Origin: Geosiphon pyriformis uo1
Lineage: Eukaryota; Fungi; Glomeromycota
Length of the DNA stretch: 64,000 nt
Assembly: GCA_016748015.1 (NCBI GenBank)
Contig: JAAOMT010000072.1
Span: forward strand, 190,299 to 254,298
Reading direction: 5' to 3'
Position numbers and translations under genes: made by a program. The notes below the pieces were generated by a model. That model had not been told where the DNA came from. It did no database searches and worked only from the letters and a program-made list of their open reading frames with translations. This document shows, piece by piece, positions 35,773 through 49,295 of the stretch. Each line of letters opens with the position of its first letter. Position 1 is the stretch's first letter.

Positions 35773-36766
35773 TTAGGAAAAATTGAATTTCAAGCTTTGC
35801 AAGAAAATCAATTACAGACAGTTTTGAATTTAAGATTCTCGAAGTTCAAAGTGTAATATTAATAGATAAAGTTCAAGTATTTATAACAGATTATTTTCTT
35901 TTTTATGAAATACAAATAATACCAATATTCTCCTTATTTGATAATTAAATTACCAGGCTTCTTTTACTATGATTTAAAACATCATATGTTTTAAATAAAA
36001 TACTCAAAATTAAATTAATTAATTATAATCAATCAATTGGCATAATTAATTTATATAATTAAATAATTGGAGAATTTTTTTTTGATAATATTTAATAATT
36101 TTAAAATTATTATTTTTATATGTTTTCATTACCAAGAAATTTTATTCAAGCAATAATTATAACAAAGTATGGTTTTATTGATCTTTGCTATATAAAATTA
36201 AAATATTTTACAATAAATACAACTTATGTATTTTTTACATATAATTAGTATTATTAATAAAAAAAATAAGATTTTAATAATTTTTTATTTATTAATTATT
36301 ATTTACTTTATTTATTTATTTTATTTAATAAGTGTAGTTCAATTATTTAATACAATATAACTACATAAAGTTTTAAATTAAATATAATTTACATATTTTT
36401 ACATATAACCAATTACTTAATTAATTAAAACAATACTATACAATTATAAAAAACAAATATTTGATTTTAGAACTAAAATTAACAACATGTTTTTTAATTA
36501 TACTTAACAATTAACCAATATTTTTTGACAAACCAGCTAATAAACCACAAATAATAATTGAAATTAATTTATTATCTAATAACAAACTATCTTTTATCTT
36601 TATTTAAAGTTTTAAATTAAGTAGCTAAATATTATTTCTGTAATTAATAATTAGTTTTTACATAAAATTTATTACTTAAAAAAAGCCAGTTTGATTTTCT
36701 TAAAAACAGTTTTAGCTAACCAGTTTTTAAATACAAAACTTTTACTTAAAACCAAATACAAATTAA

Positions 36767-39700
36767 TTATTATTATTATTTTTTATTAATACAATTTAAT
36801 AAGCAAAGTTTAACTACTATCTAATATACAGAATTAGACTAAGTAACTTAAATTAGATGTGACTCATGCATTTACTACATGTGGCCAGCCACTTGGGCCA
36901 GACAAGGTAATACTACACATCTATTACAACTCTCATACTGTCAATTAAATCTCAAAAAAAGGAGCACAGCTTATATTTATCAAAACTAACAACAAAGAAC
37001 TTAGTAATACCAAGAAGCCAGACTATGTTATTTGACAACTCAGTCACTAAATCACAAGACAAATTATACACCACTTTACTATTACTTGTTAAATCTGTCT
37101 TCTTTATTTTAGCTTTAAATCTAGTTCTATTGAGCCAAATCAACAAATAATGTCTCTTCACTAATTAACTTACAAATAAAACAACAATTGCCATAGCTTC
37201 CTTCCTAGTTTTAAATATTGCCAATGCTTTTATGTACCAATTTCTAAGCACAAAACTCTTACAAATTACAGCATACAAGTTCATATCTATTAAGCAATAA
37301 AAAAGAGTTCTCAGCACAGCAGAAGACAAAAGATCATATGAACCAATTACAAAAATTCACTTATCAGAGAACTTTGCAAGTATATTCTTATGGCTTCCAA
37401 CATCTTTAATATATGTAAAAACATGATTTAGAAGCTTCATTTTATCATACAGCAAATACAGCATATTTGAATAATCCTTATTATATAACTTTTTTCTAAT
37501 TATCACTAGTAAACACTCATGTACAGTCTTCATTGGATAAGTTTGCAAATCAGCAGACTTCTTACTGGTAAAACCAGACAACATATATGAATCAGAATGT
37601 TATATCTTAGCAATAGACAGCCAATTCACTTTCTTAATTAGAATATTAGGTACTATCCAACAACCAGAACCAATTTCTTATTAAGCACAAAAAACAGACC
37701 TGTATACATTTCAGATAAAATGACATGTATTACCAAAAACTGTCATGTCTTTAGCCATAATATAATATTTCTTAATTCTGATTGGCAAAAACAAACCAGA
37801 TTCAGTAGTTTTATCAATTATTTGATCAGCCTTATTATTATTCTACACTCCCAAATGACCCTTGACTTTTACTCACTTAACTAAGAGATCCTTATCTTTT
37901 ATCAAATTGTTTATATGTCTTCTCTTTATTCAATAATGATTGTGAAAATCCAGTACAGCATAATTAATTTTAGCAGTACATATATTAATAACCATCTGGC
38001 TGTTCAAACATAAAACCACCATATAAGACAAAGGAACACATTCTAAAAACAAAGCAACAGTCTGTAGCTCAGTCAAAATAGATGACAGAAAACCATCTAC
38101 TCCAATACTAATACTCATATTTGTAACAGAAAAATATGCAACAGTCCTACCAATAACTTCAGAAGAGCTTAAGTTCCTTAAGAAGCCATCTGTATACACA
38201 TCTAAAACACTTAACCAAATCTTATGCAAATGTTTATAAATCTTAGAAAATCCAACAGAATTCAACATATTTAAAATACAATGCTTACTAATTTGAAAAA
38301 AACTAAATGCTGTTGGTCTATTATTACCCAAAAATTTCAAAGCCAATCTGAACCAAAATAGTACTGGGCCTCTGGGATTCAACTTTTTTTAACAATAAAA
38401 TGTTTTTCAATTCATTATTTTGTCCTTTTTATTCAGAAGTCTATTACCAAATATTATTCTAAATCTCTTAAAAAAATAAACTAAAACATAATACAGAGAC
38501 TTTTCTAGAATATTAGACATTAAAACTCTTCTAAGACTGTGAAAAACATTGAGCAAGATATTATCTAGAGACATTTTATTAACCAAAAAAACTTTTACAA
38601 CTTTATCCAAAAAGTTATTAACAGGATTAATATGCAATCTGACAGAATATTTCAAAGGATTCAAAGGGGCTTAACCTAGAATTTGCAGATCCAAAAACTA
38701 ATGTTCAAACAAATGCTCAAAGATGCTTAGAACATTAGCAAATATGACTATTAATAACAACAGCTTTTAGCCTAAATCTGCTTAAATGACTTTAAACCAT
38801 ATAAAGAAAGATAATACAGAGCTTTACTTGGAAAATTACATGGCAAACCAGTCTTAGATTTAAAACCCCTCTTAATCATTACATTCCATTTATAGCACAT
38901 ACTTAATAAAACAAAACTAAACTAAGATTTATAGCTAATTATGAGCTAAAAAACAGCCAACACCAGATAAGAGAACTGCTTATTAATAATAGTCTTTTTA
39001 AATACCACATTAACAAAGAATCAAACATCTGAATAAGCTTTTGCTAGACTTGATTTAAACAGTTTCTCAGTTGACAAAAAAATACCAAGATATTTATGTA
39101 ATTTTCCCTTTTTGGCAATTAAAATTGGCAGTCCATTAATCTTTAAAGACACAATTTTAACATCTTAATTAATAGGAATAGCTATAGTCTTTTCATTGTT
39201 GATTGAAATATTATTGACCCTAAAAAATTTACTTGCAATGTTTAAAGCATACTGTGTAGAAGCTTGACAATTCTGAATTCAGATCATATTGTTGACAAAT
39301 ACACCTACAACAAAAAACAAAAACATTTCACCAAAATTTTCTATTCTGTCTATTTTGGCAACAAACCTAGTATTAATCTTATATTTACACAAATGTTTAT
39401 GTTTCTTAACTTTGCACAATAGTGAATCATAAAAAATTTTTCTAAAGAAGAGGTGAGAAAACTTTACTTTGGTTTAATTTGTCATGTATCTTATAGTCTT
39501 TTGAGAAACCAAAATCAGTTATCATTCTATTGATTCTATTCTTATGTATGCCACCAAAAAACCCAATAAATCTTTTACACATTTTAATTTATTGCAAGCT
39601 AGCTTTTAGGTAGTACCAACTAATTGAGTTATATATTTTATGTATATCTTACAAGACCAACCAAAGTTTTTTATTCTTTTCCAAAGCATTCTTAACTATT

Positions 39701-42700
39701 AACCTAATAACAAACACAGAAAACTGAGTAGATGTACTTTTTAAAACTGAAAAATTATCACTCTGAAGAACACCAAACCTGCTATATGCAGCCAAAATCT
39801 GATTAGAAAGGACTTTGGAAAAAATTTTTCTAACTGTCTTAATCAAAGCAATAAATTAAGTGTTTGTTAAGATCCTATCTTAATTATAAAATTTCAGAAT
39901 TATCAAGACCCAAGCTCTCTTTTATAGAACAGAGACATTTTTAAAAGACAAACATACATTCAACAACTCTAAAAAACACTTTATCACATTGTTACTATTA
40001 TGCTTCCAAAGTTTATTAGAGATACCAAACAGATTAACAGTCTTATTATCAGGCAGACCACCAATTACCAAGAGCAATTTCTCTATACTGATTACACCCA
40101 TTACACCAGAGAAGGCATTATTATCTACATAATCTAATAACAAATATTGGTGAGCCCAAAGATCAGGCATTATTAAAGACAAAATCTATTTTCTCATTTA
40201 TTCTTTTATAATCTTATCAACACTGAGTTTTACTTTTTCTGACTCCAAAACCAACTTACTTTCTACCACCAAATAATCCAAAACTACCTTGCAAAAAGAC
40301 TGATTCAGAATACTTTTGATCATGTCCTCTTTATTAAAACAAAAACTTTCTATGCACTTTTTAATAGTCTTCTTAATAAAAGCCTTTTCAGCCAATCTTA
40401 ACTCATAAAGCTTGAACTTCTATATTTTTTATGAATTATTAACAAATGTTTAAGAATATTCATTGAATTTTCACTATTTTGAACCATGTCAATAATCTTA
40501 AGAGTCTTATCATCATTTAAAGTTAACCATTTCTTAGTAAGACATTTGAATTTACACATATTACCTGAGCTTAATTTTTTAACAATCTTGACAATTAGCA
40601 GTTTCAATTCAAAAAACTTTGACAATTGCTGGTTTTTTGCATACTGAAACTTATTAAATCAACACCTAGAAAATGTTTTATCTGCCAACTTCACCATTAT
40701 TTTTTCCAACAATTTTCACATAGCATCCAAATTTTCACAAGCCTTTGTCTTTAAAAGTTTATTTTTCACTACCAAAAACTTGGCCAAAAAACAATCTTTA
40801 AATTATGTTTATTTGACATTATTTGCATTCTTAATTCTAAACTTCCAATAATTTCTATTAGCTTGTTTGTACATGCTATTTAACCAAACATCCAAAAAAC
40901 CACCCAAATTGATTGAAACCAAAACAGCTCTGTAATTAATATTGAAAAATTTGGACATAGCATAAATTTTATGATTAACAATCACAGATAATAAACTCCT
41001 GCTTACTAAAACATAATCAATAATTTTTTTAACACTCTTTAAGTTGTTTCATATAGAAGTTTTAACCAATAGATCCCTATTAAATGAATTAATTAGACCC
41101 AAATCTGAACAAAACTTGAAACTTGTGCTCTTTTTAAATCTATTCTTATTAAAATTCTCATTTAAGACCACAAAACTGCTAGAGTTGACTGTTTTAGCTA
41201 TAAAAAAGTTGACTTCCAAAGCCAGCTCAAATTTAATCTCAATAAAAGCACTAATATATAAATCCAGAAATGTAACTGAAAGCTTGCTTTTAAAAAAAAG
41301 CCAAACTAAAATAAGACAACTAAGAACTTCTTCAATCTTAAACACATAATAAGCCAAAGAATTGTTCATAATAAATGCCATCTTAACACCAAAAAATCTC
41401 TTGTCCAATCCAAATGAGAAAACTCTTATCCTATTAAACTTATTTATAATCCAGAGCCTAATACCAGATTTTAATTTTGTTTCCATAACAATCAAAACCA
41501 AATTTTCTAATATCTTATGTCAATGAACAACATTTTCCTGTTTAACAGGGACATTAATATCCTAAACATTGCATATAGCTATTTTTTAGACCAATTTACT
41601 TATTAAAAAGAAGTGTTTATAAAAAAAACTGAGCCAGCACACAACTGATCCAAATTTGCCAGAACTAAATCAACAAAAACCTTAAGAGCCACTAATTTTG
41701 ACTTTAAACAGTTTATCTTAGTAGTCAAAACTTTTGAATTACTTGAACCCAAAGCTGAAACATTAGAGGAAGCAAGAAAAAAAAATAGAGACATTAACTT
41801 AAAACTATTTAAAACCATATCTGAATTCAAATCCAAATTGGCAGTCATTAAGATAGTCAAGTCATAAGAGAAAAAAAAGAAAACCAGAAACACCAATTCT
41901 ATGTTACTGAGTTTGTGCACTATGCCAGAAATCTGATTTGCTAAGAGTTTCAAGGAACATTTTAGGGAAGCCAAACAATCATTAATCAACAAATCATTTT
42001 TGGCAACCAATACATTTTTTTTTATTTGAGACATTAGAAACAGGGGAACAAGAACCAAAATCAGAACCAGTACTATCAAAAAAAGCAACAAGCAAAACTA
42101 TTTAAGCCTATGTTTTGCCACTAAAAAAACCAGACAGACAACAGGAGCCTGCTTTTTTTTATATATGTTTACTAAGTAAACACAATTCTGAGAATTAATA
42201 GTCTTCTTTTTGCAGTTACCCGAATTTTCACCAGTTAAACACTTATTAAATATATAACCAAATTGTTTACACTCAGCACAACAAACCAGAGAAAAACCAG
42301 TCCAGCACAAATTCACATCCTTGAAAACCAGCAAAAAACCAATAGCACTATTTCTTAATTCCTTTCTATTAAAACAAATAACTACACTTCTATTACAAAT
42401 ATATGTAATTAAATTATAGTCAATAATACAAGTTTTCTTATTATAAGATATCAACAAATCAAACAGATTATGTATAGTTATCTCAATTGGCAAAGTATAA
42501 AACAAAGCCTTATGACAACCTCTAAATATCTATGTTTGTTTATCTTCAACAGCCTTGGTTACATGAACAAAGTTTTTTCCCATGAGCACAGATCATCTAA
42601 CTGTGACCAAATTAGCTATTTTAAATAATTTAAATTTTATCAGAGCTTTTTGCCAAAGACTAATCAGTTGTATCTTGATTAACACAATTTTACTTAACTT

Positions 42701-43140
42701 AAAAAAGACTAATTCTACAGCCAATTTTAGAATGTCAACTGAAATTTCTTTGACTATTACTTTCTGATTTGATTTTTTGTATATCATTCTAACATCATTA
42801 TTAATTAAAATATTCTCACTGATAACCAAATTTCTAGTCTTTTTTAAACTAAACTCAGATGTAAAAGCTGATCTAATCAACTCAGAAAATTTTAAAGAAG
42901 TTGATGCCCTCTAAAACCATCAACATAATAGAACAACTTTTTGATATTCAACACTTTATTACTGGAATGTTTTTTGAGTACAGCAGAAAGCTCTATATCT
43001 AACATGAATGATTTTGCCAAATTAAAACTATGTTTTTTTAAGACACATAATTCAGCCAAAAAAACTTGCCAGAAACTATCAAACTTAGGTAATAGAAGCA
43101 TTAAAACGTTATCATTATCACTTAAATTTACAAAAAACAA
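36767..43140 (-). mobile_element. Heavily decayed LINE (ORF1 with zinc knuckle; ORF2 APE-RT-RNase H), 5' end lost
   Basis: ORF1 remnants 41603-43140 (CAECKQFGYIFNKC); APE ETKL..LNENFN near 41050-41590; RT near 39000-40100; RNase H VYTDG 37930-38382. Stop at 36913-36915, conserved tail and A/(TAA)n end. Confidence 0.88.
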
Positions 43141-43834
43141 ATTTATCAAAAATTTCTCTAAAATCGTCTTTTCTCTCAATCAGCTACTCAAAAAAAATGT
43201 CAATTATTACTGGGGCATTTATCAACAAAAAGCTTTTAAAACTCTAAAGAAAAAACTTGTTATTAAACCAATTCTTAAACAACTTGACCTGAACCAATCT
43301 TTTATCTTCCACACTAATGCATCTGGTTATGGACTTGGTGTTGTCTTTTTACAAAATAATAAAGATGGCAAGAAACATGCTATAGTATATGCCAGTAGAA
43401 TTCTTACACCAGCAGAAAAGAACTATTTAGTTACTGAACAAGAATACTTAGCAGTAATCTGAACTACTAGTTACTGGGATTAATATCTTCTTGGTGTGAA
43501 ATTTTTAGTAGTAACAGACTATTAAGCCTTGGTTTGGCTGTGTAACAAAAAGAAGCTAGAACATAAACAGATAACTTGCTGAATACTCTATCTGGATGAA
43601 TTCGACTATGATATTCAATACTACAAAAGAGCTAATCATCAAAATACTAATGCTCTCTCTAGATTTGTCATTCAGTAATAGTACAATCTCTCAACCAAAC
43701 CAATTTAATTATTAGTAATACTCTTACAAACAAACACAATAATGAATTTAGATAACTACTCTGTCTTAATGGAATTTTTGGGTAAAGAACAATACCCATA
43801 GAACTATATTTGACAGCAAAAAAAACATTTATAC
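43140..43834 (+). mobile_element. Gypsy-C, left fragment (RT end, RNase H, start of separate integrase ORF)
   Basis: KFIKNFSKI..HTNASGYGLG..YASRILTPAEKNY..NALSR. Stop at 43676-43678 and new ATG at 43742. Continues at 53844. Confidence 0.85.
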
Positions 43835-44877
43835 TGTTATGGGTAAACTTGATGGAGTAGGAAAATAGTAACATTTGGTGTTCTTAATTATTAGTAATGT
43901 ATGTTTTGTGTAATTTCATTGATTTAGTCTTAATTATCAGTTTTTGAAGGTTTTATCTACTGGTTGTAAATTTACACATTGAGTTTTTTGGTTATAAGAC
44001 ACAGAAGTTTGGCTTTTGCTGATTGCAACTTCTTTAAAATGTGAGCTATCTTCTCTGAGCTAACAAACACAATTATTAGGGTCTGGTGTTGTTTTTTCGC
44101 CCTTTTAATAAGCTAATAAGATAATGTTAATATCCAAAACTTAGAAAGAGCTTTCCTCTTTTATCAGGCTATCACAAAGTCTATTCCCAGACAGTTGATT
44201 TTACTATGTTGCTGCTCTACAAGAGAAAATAAATAAAAAAAATAAAATAAAATAAAATAAAAAAATAAAAAAAAATAAAAAAAAATAAATTAGTATCATC
44301 AATTGTTATAATCAAGAGCAACTGGTCCAAATTATTAATAGTTTAAGATGGTTATGCTAAGAGCATCTGTTCTGAAACAAAGGTATGAAACAATAGTTAA
44401 TTCATATAAATTCTACAAAGTTCAAGAACATGAATTCATGATTCTGATTTCTCAATAATTAATTCATTTCAGAAGATGAATATGGAATAGAATAAATAAT
44501 GAAAAAGGTAAGGATATTTGATTTTTGTTTAATGGTTTATATCTAAATGTCTTTTTTCTAACTTCTACAACTACTTATTTTTATATATTCTTTTGGTTTT
44601 ATAGGATTGCTTTTAATTGTTTTATTGTTGCTAACTATTGCTTTGCTATTTTTGTTATTGTTTTGTTCTTTTATATTATTTCTAGTTATCTTATGTTATA
44701 ATACATTATCTGGTATTATTACATATTATTCTGTATTATTTTATATTGTAACACATTATCCTGTGTTATTCTAAGTTATAATACATTATTCAATATTATT
44801 GCACACTATTCTGTATTATGTTATGTTTTGGTCATGTTTTTTTATAACTTTAGATCAGTTTTTTTACTCAGGTAACA
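43835..44877 (-). repeat. Gypsy-B 3' LTR
   Basis: Direct repeat of 52794-53843; TGTTA..TAACA termini. Confidence 0.92.
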
Positions 44878-44894
44878 TTATCTCTTTTTTTTTT

Positions 44895-45630
44895 AGAATT
44901 AAGCTCTTGTGAAATTATATGTATTTGTTATCATGGCTTTATTTGTATAGTGTTTAATGGTTGCATCAAGTATTGTTCTTTATAGGTCTTTGAATTGTCA
45001 ATTGGTTATTCATCCTATGTTGTTAACTATTATAGTTTTTATAGATTTATATAACAGTATGTTTGGACAATGTTGAAAAGTAATATATAATTAGTATGCT
45101 GCTTTGTAATATAGGGTTAGGTTGCTTTTCCTTACAAATTTTTCTACTTGTTGTATTGCTTCTTTGTTAAAAGTTTTCTGGCTGAGGTCTCTATATAGTG
45201 TCTTTAAATTTAATTGTTTGCCAATTTTGTAGAACCAATATGTTGGAGGAAGTTTTTCTTTCTATTTCTGGACATTGTTAGGTGTCTATTCTTTTGTTTT
45301 GGGAAGTTTGGTCCCATGAACTAAAGCTTTTTTTATTTCTTCAAGCTTGAAGACCAAGTATCTTTTATAAATTTCTTTTATTCTTTGTTCCATCCAAGAG
45401 AAATCTTTTTTCTAATTTCTCTTCTCAGGTTTAGTTCTAGTTGAACTCTTGCCCTTCCTTTTTTTGCTCCTATCTTTATATTGTATCTCTTTTCTATTAA
45501 TTATTACTTCTATTTGAGCAAAAAATTACTGAATTGTATCAAATAGTTGTTTTAAGAGTTGTAGAATTTGATCTAACAGGTCTATGTTAAAAGTTCTATC
45601 ATTTTTTGCTGTTTTTTCAGATGTTATATA
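44895..45630 (-). pseudogene. Gypsy-B ORF3
   Basis: DQILQLLKQLFDTIQ..IEVIINRKEIQYKD and LPPTYWFYKIGKQLNLKTLY align with Gypsy-A ORF3. Confidence 0.7.
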
Positions 45631-48600
45631 TATTTGAATTTCTTAATTTAATTTGCTGTACATTGTTTATGTTTTGATAATAATGATTGGTTTCAGATTT
45701 CATGATATATCTTTTGGTCTAATTAATGAAATTTGTGTTCCTAGTTAAGATACTAATAATGATGATTCTTGTTTTGCATGATAAATTTTTAACTAATTTC
45801 CATGTGCTACTTTCTTTAAAATTCTGTCTTTCAATCATAATTTGTAAGCTCTATTGCCTAAAACTTTATGTACATAGAATGGACTATCCCACTTTGGATT
45901 GAACTTTCCACTCCACTGTTTTTTAGCTTTTGTATAATATAATAGTACTTGGTCTTCAATCTTGAATTCCATTGGTTGTTCAAATAGGCATTTATCATGT
46001 TTTTTTTTTGTTGTTCTTGAGTATTACTAATGTTGTCAGCTACTGTTCTATAATTATTTTCTAATATTTCCATAAGCTGGTATGTTTTATGGTATAAAGT
46101 TACTTCAAAATTCTCTTCAGTAATAGCTTTTGTTGAATATGACTGTATTTTTTTTTCAATAGATAGAGTGAATTTTCTTCTATAAACTAATTCAAATAAT
46201 GTAAACTGAGTTGTATTTTGTTTCAGTGTTCAGTATGCAAAGAGTACAGAAGGTATAAATAAGTCCTATTTTTGTTTGTTTTTATGACTTATTTTTGCTA
46301 ATGCTTCACACAGTGTTTGGTTAAATCATTCTACCAGTTTATTCATTTGTGAATGATATAGTGATAATAAAGAACATTTTATTCCAAACTGTTAACTTAA
46401 TTTGGTTAATGTATTATTAACAAAATGCATTCCTTAATCAGATAACAGTTCTTTTGGGCATTTGTGTCTGCAAATCAAATCTTGATGTATGAACTCAGCT
46501 ATTGTTTTAGCATCTGCTATTTAAATGGCTCTGACTTCTGGTTATTTTGTTAAGTAGTCTATGACTACAGCAATATAATAATTTTCTTTGAATGTTATAG
46601 AAAAAGAACCAACCAAATCAATCCCAATTCTATCAAATAGATTTCTAACTGAAATGGATTAAAGTAGTTTCATTGTTCTGGCTCCTTTTCTTTACTGGCA
46701 TAAGTCACAATTGAGCATGTATTTAAAAATGTCTTTGTATATTATTGGCCAATAGTATAAATTTAGGGTTTTTTCAAGAGTAGCATCTTTGTTAAAGTGT
46801 CTTGCAGTTGAATTAGAATGCATACTATATAATATAGTTTCTTTTTTATTGTTTTTGATAACTTGTTGTGGGGTGAAGCAGTTTTGGCATTCTTGTCAAT
46901 ATAGTTGGTTGTCTTGAATAAAATAATTTCAGACTTGTTTTCATATAGTACTTTGTTCCTGTTGAGATAATATCTTCTTGAAATATAGTGTCAATAGGTA
47001 TTGATGTAGTCAGTGGTAATTAGTTGTGTCCATGAGTCTGGGATTAGATTTGTGACATTCTTGACAAACTGTTGGCATTAGTGTTTTTGGATTCTTTCTT
47101 GTAATAAACTTTGAGTGAGAATTATTACAGATAAGTATTTCATCTTGTATATTTTCCCTCTAGTTGTGAATTGTTGAATAACTAAACAAGTTTTTTATGA
47201 TTAGTATATAGGCCAAAAAACAAACTAAAATAGTGTTTCCATATTTGTATGGCTTAATAAATGGCAAGACATTCCAGATCTGTTGTGTTGTAATTTTTTT
47301 CTACTGGGTTAGTGTTGTAACTGGTGTAAACAATTAGATGTTCTCTATTATTCAGTCCTATTTGTGATAAGACTGCTTCTAGAGCATTTTTCAAGACATC
47401 TGTAGCAACAATAAACTGTTTAGTGAAATCTGGATAAATTAGAATTGGGGATGTGATCAATTGCTGCTTAAGATAGTCAAATGCTTTCTGTTGGTTTTTT
47501 TTTCATAGATACTATATGTGTTTAGGCAACAACTAGTGAAGTGGTTTTGTGATAGTTGAGAATTCTTTAAAAAATTATTAATAGTATCCTGCCAATCCTA
47601 AAAATTTTTGTAATTTTTTGAAGTTGATTGGAGCTGGAAAATCTTTGACTTTTTGGATCTTGTCTGAATTAGATTTGATTTCATTTTTGCTAATTATGTG
47701 TTCTAGGAATTTTAATTCAGTTTTTTCAAAGAAGCATTTATTAGAATTGAGTTTCAATCCAGTACTATGAAAGCATTCAAAGACTTGCTGAAAATGAAAC
47801 AAGTAATTGTCGAATGTTTCCAAAAAAACAATAGTATTATCTAAGTATACTATAACTGATTTTTACAAAATTTCTTTATACATAACATCTATAAGATGCT
47901 GGAAGGTAACAGAAGCATTGCAGAGTCCAAAGGGCATTATGTTAAACTCAAAGTTTCTGTCTCAGGTGGTAAATGCCATTTTTTTTTTGTCTTTGGGATT
48001 TATTTTAACCTGCCAATATCCACTGGCTAGATTTAATGACAAGAATCATTTTTTGTTTCTTAAATTGTTCGGAATTTCTTGAATAAGAAGTGTGGGATAA
48101 CTATTTTCTCAGATGACATTGTTTAGCTTCCAATAGTCTATACAGAATCTTATCTTTCCATTTTTTTTGGTAACCAATACTACTGGGAAGGACCAAGAGC
48201 TTAGCAATTCTTTAATCAAGTCATTGTTGAGCATTTGTTGTATTTTTTGCTTAATTAGATTATTACCAAATAGGAATACTTGATAGGTCTGCTGTTTAAT
48301 AGGTTGTGTATCTCTCATGTCAATCTAATGCTTTACAATATTAGTGCATCCAAACTCATTTTCACTGATAAAGACATTGGCATATTGATTCAAGAGAATT
48401 TTAAGTTGCATTTGCTGGAAAGTACTCAGGTTTCCCAAGTGTAGTTTGTCAATTTCTTCTGGTGTAAACAGGTAATTTTTTTTGGCAAGTTCCATACTTG
48501 TGAGATAATATCACAAAATAAGAATAGCTGTACAAAATCTGAAATAGGCTGGAATTGTTTGGGATGTTGAATATCTGATAAGATAGAACCAATGAGGGTC

Positions 48601-48864
48601 TCTTTAGAGATTTCAATTGCATCTTCTATAAGGTTGTGGATGGGAATTTTGAAGTGTTTATGGGTCTTGGCCAGTAGGTATAGGTTAACAACATTAGCTA
48701 AGGAACAGATTTCAGAGTCAGCTTCAAATAACAGAGCTTGATTTTGGATTTTTCAATTTACTTTGAGAATGTATTGTCAGTATGAGAGGATAGAAATGAT
48801 TGTATTAGTGTAGATAAGTTCTATCTGGTCACTGTTTTTCTCCAGAAAGTTGACTAGTACGTTT

Positions 48865-49295
48865 CCTCTTCTACTTAATCCAAACCTATTAATTTCTCAA
48901 GCAGTGAGACCTAATTTTTCTCTGGTTGTTATTGGAGTTAATTGTGATACTTTAACTAGGAGTAAGAAGATAGCTTGGACAATTTTTTCTTGTGATTCTA
49001 TTTTGTAGGGTTTGTCTGAATTGTTTTATAGCATCATAATAATGTTTTCTATATAACTGACATCAATAATTCCTCTCTTTACATTGATTTTTTTTTGGTT
49101 AGACTAAATCGAAAGGCAACTTGTATCATTGTACTAACAGGAATTTTTAATGCTATCTTAAAATTTATTGTTACAAGGGAATATAAAACTATAACTATGG
49201 ATAATTGTTCAGAGTATCATAAGTCAAAACCAGCATTAATGTCATGTGCTCTTTTAGGACAGATTCTTTTCTCATTGTTACTGTACCATTTTAAT
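48865..49295 (-). pseudogene. dUTPase domain of Gypsy-B
   Basis: AHDINAGFDL, GIIDVSYIENI, EKIVQAIF, RFGLS. Confidence 0.8.
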
